IMG/VR virus record: IMGVR_UViG_3300009434_001054
Span: 1-40,528 of that record
Strand: one strand, 5' to 3'
Length of the DNA: 40,528 nucleotides
Origin: a virus
Lineage: Duplodnaviria > Caudoviricetes
The position numbers and the translations under genes are program-made. Below, in pieces: positions 27,983-35,276 of the stretch. The notes beneath the pieces are model-generated. The model searched no databases, was not told where the DNA came from, and was given only the letters and a program-made list of their open reading frames with translations. The stretch's first letter is position 1, and every line of letters begins with the position of its first letter.

Positions 27983-28651
27983 ATGAATAATAACGCGTCA
28001 GAACTAGGCAACAGTAGCACAACGACCTTACCTGTACCGATGTGCTTGCAAACGCACAGTGGTTTACAAGTTGATTTAAATAATCCTAGACCAGAGATGT
28101 TTTGTTTAGAAGATATTGCCATTGCCTTATCGCGAATACCGCGATTTAACGGCCACACGGTAGGCAAACCGTATTACGTCGCAATGCACTCGGTCTGGGT
28201 ATCACAATATTTACTTTGTCGTTATCCAAAAGATCCGCGCATTTTAGAAACCGCTATTTACGGGCTTCTTCATGATGCTCACGAAGCCTACACGGGTGAC
28301 ATTCCCACGCCTATCAAGCGCCTAGAAGATTTTAAAAAGCCGATAAAAATGCTCGAGCATCGTATTCAAACCAATATTTATATTGCGCTGGGGCTTAAAG
28401 GCCCAGACGAGGAGCAACGTAAATTAATAGCTTATGCCGATGAGCAGGCGCTCGCTCTTGAAGCGACGCATTTGATGATTGATGGCGCTCGGAGATGGAA
28501 CTTACCTGAATTAGATATACCTCGACAATGGCTTTATGAATTATATCCCAGCAAGCTAGAGACACGTTCTGCTGAGATGTTAATAGCAAACTACAGGGTG
28601 TTACAAAAAAACTTACATGCAATAGAGGAAGAAAAAAGATATGCAAATTGA
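27983..28651 (+). CDS. HD-domain phosphohydrolase (YfbR/YfdR-like nucleotidase)
   Basis: DIAIALSRIPRFNGH, YVAMHSV, LLHDAHEAYTGDIPTPIK and YAD motifs. Confidence 0.88.
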   Translation: MNNNASELGNSSTTTLPVPMCLQTHSGLQVDLNNPRPEMFCLEDIAIALSRIPRFNGHTVGKPYYVAMHSVWVSQYLLCRYPKDPRILETAIYGLLHDAHEAYTGDIPTPIKRLEDFKKPIKMLEHRIQTNIYIALGLKGPDEEQRKLIAYADEQALALEATHLMIDGARRWNLPELDIPRQWLYELYPSKLETRSAEMLIANYRVLQKNLHAIEEEKRYAN

Positions 28652-28859
28652 TCTGATTTTACTGCGATTGAATCAAGCCAACAAAAAAATGGCGAAGACG
28701 ATTCAATCGGATGCCGGTGAAACCATGCCGTTTTACGAGCTGGTTTTACTTAGCGATGGATCCGGCTATATAGAGATAACCGACAACGAAGATACTGATA
28801 TCGCTGTCGCCTTTGAGCGTTATGAAGATATTACCGAGAAGGACTTGGCATCGCTATGA
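28641..28859 (+). CDS. Hypothetical protein
   Basis: 72-aa ORF overlapping both neighbours in the early operon. Confidence 0.65.
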   Translation: MQIDLILLRLNQANKKMAKTIQSDAGETMPFYELVLLSDGSGYIEITDNEDTDIAVAFERYEDITEKDLASL

Positions 28860-29350
28860 CACCGGCCAGTAAAAAAACAGCGCTCACTGCACAGCGTAAA
28901 CGACTGTATACGTTATTAAACGTTGCTAAAAACGAGCTGATAAAAACGCGGGCGTATTTTCGCGACGATGATTATCGTGAGATTTTACGGCAATGCGGCG
29001 CAGGTCTATCAGGTCACAGAATATCGGCAACCACCATGACGGTTGAAGAGCTACAAAAAGCGTTAAAGCGTTTACAGCTACTTGGATTTAAAGCCAAAAA
29101 AAGAAAGGCAACAAAAACAACAAAAATAAGCGATTGGCGCAAGCCGCGAATCGCAAAATTAAATGCCATGTGGATCGCAATGGCTGATGCCGGTGTTGTG
29201 GGTGACCGCAGCGAATCAGCAATGCAGACATGGTGTAAAAATCGAATCGAAGGATTAAGCGCGTTGCAATGGGCTACATCACCGCAGCTAAACAAGTTGA
29301 TTGAAATGATGAAGGCAATGAGTCAAGAAAGAGGAGCAAACGCTCGATGA
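28856..29350 (+). CDS. gemA: GemA/Mu gp16 (DUF1018) regulatory protein
   Basis: DDDYREIL, S.TTMT..EL, GFK, KLNAMW..M...G...D.SE.A...W and LIEMMK motifs; precedes a Mor-like gene. Confidence 0.88.
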   Translation: MTPASKKTALTAQRKRLYTLLNVAKNELIKTRAYFRDDDYREILRQCGAGLSGHRISATTMTVEELQKALKRLQLLGFKAKKRKATKTTKISDWRKPRIAKLNAMWIAMADAGVVGDRSESAMQTWCKNRIEGLSALQWATSPQLNKLIEMMKAMSQERGANAR

Positions 29351-29739
29351 AACAATACGTGAGTAACGATATAAAACTGCCTCCCGCATTTAACTCTATT
29401 ATGGAAATAATAGGGCCGAAGGCAGCGCTTGCAATAGCAGATAAATATGCTGGGCAGCGAATTTATATTCCCTCTGTCGCAAAGAAAAACCATACCTTAT
29501 GCGAAGTAATTGATTTTAAAACACTGCAAATACTCTCGAATTATTACGGCAACGGCTGGATCAACATACCGAATGTTGTTGCCCGATATTTAAAGCATCA
29601 AATAGCGAAAGACCCAGCGCTTTCTCTTAAAGAAGCAGCAGCTGCAACAGGATTCACTTTTCGATATATATCAATATTACGAAACAATGATGATAAAAAA
29701 CCAACATTACAAAACGATTTATTTAAAAAGGGGGAGTAA
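29347..29739 (+). CDS. Mor/C-family transcription activator
   Basis: IIG..AALAIAD.YAGQRIYIP and YYG...INIP, C-terminal HTH. Confidence 0.82.
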   Translation: MKQYVSNDIKLPPAFNSIMEIIGPKAALAIADKYAGQRIYIPSVAKKNHTLCEVIDFKTLQILSNYYGNGWINIPNVVARYLKHQIAKDPALSLKEAAAATGFTFRYISILRNNDDKKPTLQNDLFKKGE

Positions 29740-29743
29740 TTCG

Positions 29744-30220
29744 ATGAGTATTTTTGGCCGTGTGTTAGGAACAAAAAAAGCGATTGATGATATTACCGAT
29801 AAAGACAGCGGGTTATTAGTTAAAGCTGGCGGATGGGTAAACGGTTTAAGTTTTACTGATCAAGAAAAAGCCGAGCATAACATTGCAGTTAGAGAATGGG
29901 GCTTAAAGCAGCTAGTGGCGCTAGAGCCGTTTAAAGTAGTACAGCGCATTATTGTGTTCGGAATAATGTCGGTATGGATGACGATCGGTTTTTCTTGTGT
30001 CTTTGCAATTATCGCGCAAGCATTTATTAATATGCCCACTACAACCATTATTGATGGTGTGTCGCAGGTTACGCAAAACAATTTAGATTTAGTGGATCCG
30101 CTATTACGCTTTGCCTTTAGTGATTTTATTCTTTGGCCGTCAACGGCTTGTTTTTCATTGTACCTCGGTGGTGGCTTTTTAGAGTCACGCGCTGCGTCTA
30201 AAAAAGGTGATAAAAAATGA
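29744..30220 (+). CDS. Probable holin
   Basis: FTDQEKAE motif then two hydrophobic helices and a basic C-terminus; overlaps the endolysin start. Confidence 0.6.
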   Translation: MSIFGRVLGTKKAIDDITDKDSGLLVKAGGWVNGLSFTDQEKAEHNIAVREWGLKQLVALEPFKVVQRIIVFGIMSVWMTIGFSCVFAIIAQAFINMPTTTIIDGVSQVTQNNLDLVDPLLRFAFSDFILWPSTACFSLYLGGGFLESRAASKKGDKK

Positions 30221-30744
30221 ATAGTAATGCGCTATTTGAAGAGGTCGTTGTTTTTTTGATTAAGGAAATCGAAGGTGGCGAAGTCGATGATGCCAGTGAT
30301 GCTGGGGGCCACACTAAATACGGCATCTCACAAAAAGCCTTCCCCGATATTGATATCTCGAATTTAAGTATGCAAGAAGCGATATCTATATATCGATGTG
30401 AATATTGGGATCGTTACCATTGCGCAAGCCTGCCGCCTTGTCTGGCTGTGTTTTTATTTGATAGTGTCGTTAACCATCGGCCTAAAACCGCTGTACGGCT
30501 CTTACAGTCGGCGCTGCAAGCCGGCTTAAAGTATGACGGAATAATGGGAAGCAAAACGATTCGCGCTTGCAATACTGCATTTGATCTTGATGTTGTTTTG
30601 ATTAACGCGTTAGCCGCACGTGCGCAGCTTTATCACGATATCGTGCAGTGTAACTCTAGCCAAGCTAAGTTTTTGCGCGGCTGGTTTTCACGTCTTTTTA
30701 AAGTCCATAATTTTATAAAAGTCGTTTCATCTAGGAGAGATTAA
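30217..30744 (+). CDS. Endolysin, glycoside hydrolase family 108 with peptidoglycan-binding domain
   Basis: EGG..DD..D.GG.TKYGIS, FDSVVNH, DGIMG.KT and FLRGW..R motifs. Confidence 0.93.
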   Translation: MNSNALFEEVVVFLIKEIEGGEVDDASDAGGHTKYGISQKAFPDIDISNLSMQEAISIYRCEYWDRYHCASLPPCLAVFLFDSVVNHRPKTAVRLLQSALQAGLKYDGIMGSKTIRACNTAFDLDVVLINALAARAQLYHDIVQCNSSQAKFLRGWFSRLFKVHNFIKVVSSRRD

Positions 30745-31098
30745 ATGTTTAGTGATCGTGATGTAAAAGCGATTTTATATCGCTATCACCTTGGCCGTGG
30801 GCGCGCTGCAAATGCACGGCATATTTGTCATGAAATTATTGGCCATAAAGCCAGCGAGCAAGATACTCGTAATTTACGTGCCGCGGTTGAAATTTTGCGT
30901 AAAGACGGCCATCCGATTTGCGCGCACCCATCGCATGGTTATTTTTATGCCGAAACGCAAGAAGAAGTTAATGAAACGATGGCCTTCTTAAGAAGTCGCG
31001 CACGTACATCATTAAAACAAGTAATGCACTTAAGGCGATCGGCATTGCCGGCCCTTGCCGGGCAGTTAAGTTTATTGCCTAGCGTGCGAGTAGATTAA
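30745..31098 (+). CDS. Putative winged-helix DNA-binding protein
   Basis: H.G...A...R.LR..V..LR..GHPIC...GYF.A pattern. Confidence 0.6.
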   Translation: MFSDRDVKAILYRYHLGRGRAANARHICHEIIGHKASEQDTRNLRAAVEILRKDGHPICAHPSHGYFYAETQEEVNETMAFLRSRARTSLKQVMHLRRSALPALAGQLSLLPSVRVD

Positions 31099-31133
31099 CC
31101 CCTCATAAATTATCAACCTAATGGAGAATATAT

Positions 31134-31463
31134 ATGAAAAAAGTAAAAATTGAATATGAACATTGGTCTGCTGTTGTGCAGATCAATTACAACAAGAGAA
31201 CCCTTGAGATAATGCGAGACCACTTAACGTATCGGAGTGACAGTGTTACTACAGATGCGGATGAGATTGAAGAGGCTTATCTCAGAATGCTCGGACAAAA
31301 GCTTATCGGAATATCAGCGTCGAACTGGAACAAATTTGGTGCGCTCGACATTATCAACGAGTCTGACGGATGGATGCCGCTGAATGATGAGTTTGGCATT
31401 AAATTATTGTCAATGGATAACTGGAATTTTCTTGAAGAAGATTTTGAGCTAACTGTACTTTAA
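31134..31463 (+). CDS. Phage hypothetical protein (DUF2528-like)
   Basis: GGAG RBS; C-terminal GW.PL...FGIKL pattern. Confidence 0.55.
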   Translation: MKKVKIEYEHWSAVVQINYNKRTLEIMRDHLTYRSDSVTTDADEIEEAYLRMLGQKLIGISASNWNKFGALDIINESDGWMPLNDEFGIKLLSMDNWNFLEEDFELTVL

Positions 31464-31590
31464 CGCTAACGATTATATATAGCGACTGCCAGCTATGACG
31501 ATAGAGCTACTTAACGCGAGCCGGAACGCACCCACTGGCAGGGGTGATGACCGGACACTAACGATTATTAAATCCAACTGGAGAATAGAA

Positions 31591-31911
31591 ATGAATGAAT
31601 ATTTAAAAAGCTTTGAGTTCAACAGCATGTTAGCGTTATTTGTTTACTGGATTCCTCTAGCAATATGCTTGTCCGTTTACTTTTTTAGAACTATTAAAAT
31701 TTATAAGCAAGACCTTTCCCAATGCACAAGAGAGCGCTACGATCCGGAATTAACGATAGGCTTGATTGTTTGGTATTTATTAATCTCAATTATCCCAGCA
31801 GTCAATTTATTTGCTCTAGTTTTTGATTGCGCCAGCTCTGTATTTAAGTGGCTCGGATCAATGCTAGATATACCTTTGGTAAGAAAGAGAAAGCAAGCCA
31901 AGTCACAGTAA
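31591..31911 (+). CDS. Small membrane protein (two TM segments)
   Basis: GGAG RBS before ATG 31591; hydrophobic segments; basic C-terminus. Confidence 0.75.
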   Translation: MNEYLKSFEFNSMLALFVYWIPLAICLSVYFFRTIKIYKQDLSQCTRERYDPELTIGLIVWYLLISIIPAVNLFALVFDCASSVFKWLGSMLDIPLVRKRKQAKSQ

Positions 31912-31944
31912 CTTTTTAGCTAACGATTATATATAGGAATACGA

Positions 31945-32094
31945 ATGAGCGACGAGCTCTATAGGCTTTTGATTTTAACAGGGTATGCAACGCTGGTTTG
32001 GGCGATGCTTATCACTAATCGAACTCGGGTGCGCGTTATCTGCTGCATCATTGTGTTGATTATTTATAACTTAGACCCGCTTGGTTTTAACTAA
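31945..32094 (+). CDS. 49-aa hydrophobic protein (below the ORF-track cutoff)
   Basis: MSDELYRLLILTGYATLVWAMLITNRTRVRVICCIIVLIIYNLDPLGFN; AGGA RBS at the end of repeat 3; stop codon is the TAA of repeat 4. Confidence 0.6.
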   Translation: MSDELYRLLILTGYATLVWAMLITNRTRVRVICCIIVLIIYNLDPLGFN

Positions 32095-32116
32095 CGATTA
32101 TATAGGAGAGCACAAC

Positions 32117-32530
32117 ATGAGAGAACTTAAAATTTTTGGACTGGAAGAAAGCAAAAATCCGTTAATTTTGGCGCTTGGCAAGACTGGGGCTGGGGATGTG
32201 AGACTTCAAGCAATAAATTCGGATGGAAACCCTATACGGGATGGCACTTTACTAATACTACAAATTAATGGCCTTCTCCACCTGCCTTCTAATATCAATA
32301 AAGATCTTGACCTTCCGCTAGATGATGACGGTCGATTAAAGCTGACAGGTCGCGAAGAGGAAAGCGCAGAGCAGTTTAGCGACGTTAAAGTGAGCGCGAT
32401 GGTTGGAATCAGAGAGGCATTGCTAAAAATATCACGCTTATCGTCTGATCCTGCCGCGTTAGCCAATGCAAACTATGAACTTAGTGTATTTGACAAAATG
32501 GCTAAAGCGCTCGGCCATCCGCTTAATTAA
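32117..32530 (+). CDS. Hypothetical protein
   Basis: AGGAG RBS continuing from repeat 4; ATG at 32117. Confidence 0.75.
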   Translation: MRELKIFGLEESKNPLILALGKTGAGDVRLQAINSDGNPIRDGTLLILQINGLLHLPSNINKDLDLPLDDDGRLKLTGREEESAEQFSDVKVSAMVGIREALLKISRLSSDPAALANANYELSVFDKMAKALGHPLN

Positions 32531-32545
32531 TTAAATAAATTCATT

Positions 32546-32570
32546 AAAAAGCGCCGCCGGTACGGGGCGC
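32546..32570 (-). terminator. Possible intrinsic terminator for leftward transcription
   Basis: GCGCC...GGCGC stem followed by U5 on the minus strand. Confidence 0.4.
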
Positions 32571-32614
32571 ACTTAATTTAACCGTTGATAATAATGAAGC
32601 TCTTAGGAGGATAT

Positions 32615-32887
32615 ATGGACAAAGAACTTAGTGCAAAGCCAGAGCGTGCCGTTGTTTGCCGATTAAAAATACAGGGTGATGACTGGCAAGAAGTAGCTGG
32701 CGTATTAGAGCAATTATTATTTGATATAAAAACTAAAGGCTCTGTTCATAATACCGCGAATGGCGGCCGCGGATCCGGCTTTATTTTAGATGTGAAAGAA
32801 AACCCTAGTCAAACCAATGCTAAATATCTTGAGCATAACCGCGCTTATTTACGCCAGCTTAAACGAGCAGCTTCTCAAAACCTGTAG
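32615..32887 (+). CDS. Hypothetical protein
   Basis: AGGAGG RBS before ATG 32615. Confidence 0.7.
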   Translation: MDKELSAKPERAVVCRLKIQGDDWQEVAGVLEQLLFDIKTKGSVHNTANGGRGSGFILDVKENPSQTNAKYLEHNRAYLRQLKRAASQNL

Positions 32888-32917
32888 TTGATAACAAATA
32901 GTTACCCCGAGGTTCGT

Positions 32918-33134
32918 ATGCCTAGAAATATGAGTTTTTTCTTAACCATTCAGCAAGTTAAAAAACAAACAAAAACTGTCACTCGTCGCCAAAGGCATGG
33001 GTCTCAAGAAAGGTGAAAGAGTTAAAAAAATCGGGGGATTAATACGGGTAAAAGATATATCGAGGCGCAAACTGATAATGATTGATCGTAGTGATCTTGT
33101 TCGTGAAGGTTTTCCAGAGTTTGAATATTTATAA
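32918..33134 (+). pseudogene. ASCH-domain gene remnant (frameshifted, truncated)
   Basis: MPRNMSFFLTIQQVKKQTKTVTRR, then in another frame KGMGLKKGERVKKIGGLIRV...DLVREGFPEFEYL*. Confidence 0.75.
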
Positions 33135-33758
33135 CTAGAACTTTGAAATGATTTCTTGAATCAAACCAGCTGCACCCGCCATGAACGCTGTTCCTGCAAC
33201 TATATGCGGCATCATATATAAAGCGAATGCTTTACCATGAAAAGCTGTATATAGCCGAATAATAAAATAAATAACTAAACCTATGGCTGGAGATAAAATC
33301 CATCTTCTATCATCATCATCGACTAGACATGAAATACCTTCTCCATACTCTCGGTAGTTTGTAATATGATAATACCACCTATAATCATCATCACAATATA
33401 GCTGTACACTTGTTGGTTCGTTTTTATCAAACCTTAATATAGATTCTTCGTTTATTTTTTTAGTTAGTTTTATCGTTTTCCTAGCTAACCAAAGTACAAA
33501 TGGTGAATATTTTTTTAAGTTTAAATCGCTTTTTAAATCCACACTAAGAAGCCGAGCCGAAAGCTGGTAATATCGAAGCCAGAACCAAAAAAACAACGCC
33601 CATGCTAAGTGTGCTAACTTTTCTTGCGCCTCAAACTGTAGACTGATTATTTGAAAGGTGAGCTTGCCATCGGCCAATTGACCACCTGCATATAAATACG
33701 CAATGATCGCCATGCTCATAAACATTAAGTTGCGTCGTGCTATATTACTATCTTCCAT
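33135..33758 (-). CDS. AT-rich multi-TM membrane protein in reverse orientation (moron)
   Basis: 207 aa with about 4 hydrophobic segments; antisense to both flanking operons. Confidence 0.8.
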   Translation of the reverse strand: MEDSNIARRNLMFMSMAIIAYLYAGGQLADGKLTFQIISLQFEAQEKLAHLAWALFFWFWLRYYQLSARLLSVDLKSDLNLKKYSPFVLWLARKTIKLTKKINEESILRFDKNEPTSVQLYCDDDYRWYYHITNYREYGEGISCLVDDDDRRWILSPAIGLVIYFIIRLYTAFHGKAFALYMMPHIVAGTAFMAGAAGLIQEIISKF

Positions 33759-33777
33759 TGGTAAACTCTCTTTGACA

Positions 33778-33806
33778 AATATGCAAATTTGAGTAACATA
33801 TGTCGA
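33778..33806 (-). promoter_or_regulatory. Candidate sigma70 promoter of the moron
   Basis: TCGACA-17 bp-CATATT on the minus strand, about 20 bp upstream of the ATG. Confidence 0.4.
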
Positions 33807-33901
33807 AATAGTTCTACGGCTTTAAGCATTCGCCCACTTTTAAACACCTCTTTTCTTATACCTTTCTTCGTTGGTTTTTCAGTAGTTACAGACATTTTGA
33901 C

Positions 33902-33941
33902 CCGAAATATTTCAGTGTCGAATGCCCACCTGCGTTAATTT
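33902..33941 (+). promoter_or_regulatory. Activator-dependent late promoter of the right (terminase/portal) arm
   Basis: CCGAAATATTTCAGTGTCG, 15 bp, then TAATTT; same motif and spacing as at 22464-22425. Confidence 0.75.
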
Positions 33942-34002
33942 ATAGTGTCCTTCCTGTTATAGAAATACAGAAACTCTATTAACCCCAAAAGGGAGAATTA
34001 AC

Positions 34003-34434
34003 GTGTCAAAAAAATCTGCTTATATTGATGACCCTAGCAAAGGTCAGCTATCTGTGCCACGCGGCATTTTAAACAAAGTGAACGAAGGTCTTGATTTGCA
34101 AGCCCAATCAAAAGCTATTGCCGACCGTTTAAAGGCTATTAAAGAGCAATTAAAAGAGGAGTTAGGTAACGATATTAAGATTGTTGTGCCTGAAACCGGC
34201 TCATTAACCATTAGCCCCAAAAGCACATTGGTCGTCGATGATAATGAAGAGTTTTATATTGTATTCGGCGATCGTGCTTCGGATCTACTGACTGAAACGG
34301 TCTCGTATAAAGTTTCATCAAAGCTAAAGGATATCGCGGCCGATGAAACTCATGAAGAGTATGAGGATGTCATGGCCTACTGCAACTGGGTAATTAGTTC
34401 GATGATTTCATTTAAAGTCGATAGCAAGGCTTAA
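34003..34434 (+). CDS. Hypothetical protein, first gene of the packaging operon
   Basis: GGGAG RBS with GTG start; coiled-coil followed by beta-rich region. Confidence 0.75.
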   Translation: MSKKSAYIDDPSKGQLSVPRGILNKVNEGLDLQAQSKAIADRLKAIKEQLKEELGNDIKIVVPETGSLTISPKSTLVVDDNEEFYIVFGDRASDLLTETVSYKVSSKLKDIAADETHEEYEDVMAYCNWVISSMISFKVDSKA

Positions 34435-34447
34435 ACAGCCAATAGGT

Positions 34448-34777
34448 ATGTATATGGACGGTCAACAGCTAGCTGCTGATATCGGCGAAATAAAAGGACA
34501 ACTTAAATCGTTGGATCGCTTACTTGGGCAGAGTCAAGAAGCGACCAGTTTAAGAATTGCTGATTTACAGCGAAGCGTTGACCTGATTGCTGATGCTATC
34601 GATACTAGACTCTCTGAGCACCAACAGTCTGTTAATCGGCGTTTTAAAAAACACGATGAAGAGATTAGTAATTTAATAAAAATTTCACGACGCGACGGCA
34701 TGTTAGCTGGTGGCGGCACCTCTGGCATAATCATTGTTGTGGTTGAAGCGTTAAAATATTTGACGAAGGCTAATTAA
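34448..34777 (+). CDS. Coiled-coil protein with C-terminal TM segment
   Basis: IGEIKGQL coiled coil and hydrophobic C-terminus; typical pre-terminase position in Mu-like phages. Confidence 0.7.
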   Translation: MYMDGQQLAADIGEIKGQLKSLDRLLGQSQEATSLRIADLQRSVDLIADAIDTRLSEHQQSVNRRFKKHDEEISNLIKISRRDGMLAGGGTSGIIIVVVEALKYLTKAN

Positions 34778-34778
34778 A

Positions 34779-35276
34779 ATGGCCTACACAGAGGACGTTA
34801 AGCGTAAATTAAAAAATGATTATCTGCGAGGTATGCCGTTAAAAGCGGCGGCTGGTAATAACGATGTGCCTTACGAAACGAGTCGCAATTGGAAACGAAA
34901 AGCGAGATTAGCGGGCGACGATTGGGATATGGCGCGAACCGCTAAACGCATATCTAATAGCGGTGTTGATAACCTTATATTTGAATTGATTGACGATTTT
35001 GTCATGATGTTTCAAACAACGATTCAAGAATTGCGTGACTCGAAAGATATAAAGCCGATGCTTAAAGCACAGGCGATCGCCCAGCTGTCAGACGCGTATC
35101 AAAAGACCATTAAAGCTGCGGGTGCCTCAAATCCTAAACTGTCATCGTATGCCATAGCGATGGAGGTGCTGACTAAGCTATCCGATTTTATTCGTGAAAA
35201 TTATCCGCAATTTGCACCGGCATTTGTTGAGATATTAGAGCCGTTTGGCGAGGAGTTATCTCGCTATTATGGTTAA
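34779..35276 (+). CDS. Terminase small subunit (DUF1804 family)
   Basis: V.Y.T.RNWKRKA...GDDWD.AR, LSDAY.K and F.EILEPFGEEL motifs. Confidence 0.88.
   Translation: MAYTEDVKRKLKNDYLRGMPLKAAAGNNDVPYETSRNWKRKARLAGDDWDMARTAKRISNSGVDNLIFELIDDFVMMFQTTIQELRDSKDIKPMLKAQAIAQLSDAYQKTIKAAGASNPKLSSYAIAMEVLTKLSDFIRENYPQFAPAFVEILEPFGEELSRYYG

Larger units (their letters stand above)
31466..32105 (+). repeat. Four copies of CTAACGATTAT(ATATAG) at gene boundaries
   Basis: Copies at 31466-31482, 31558-31568, 31920-31936 and 32091-32105. Confidence 0.9.

Noticed and set aside
27983-28651. DatZ of a Z-genome pathway
   Set aside because: No purZ or mazZ and no phage polymerase; a generic YfbR-like enzyme is the simpler reading
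31466-32105. CRISPR array or integron
   Set aside because: Repeats are only 11-17 bp with irregular spacing (92, 362 and 171 bp) and enclose genes; no cas genes, integrase or attC hairpins
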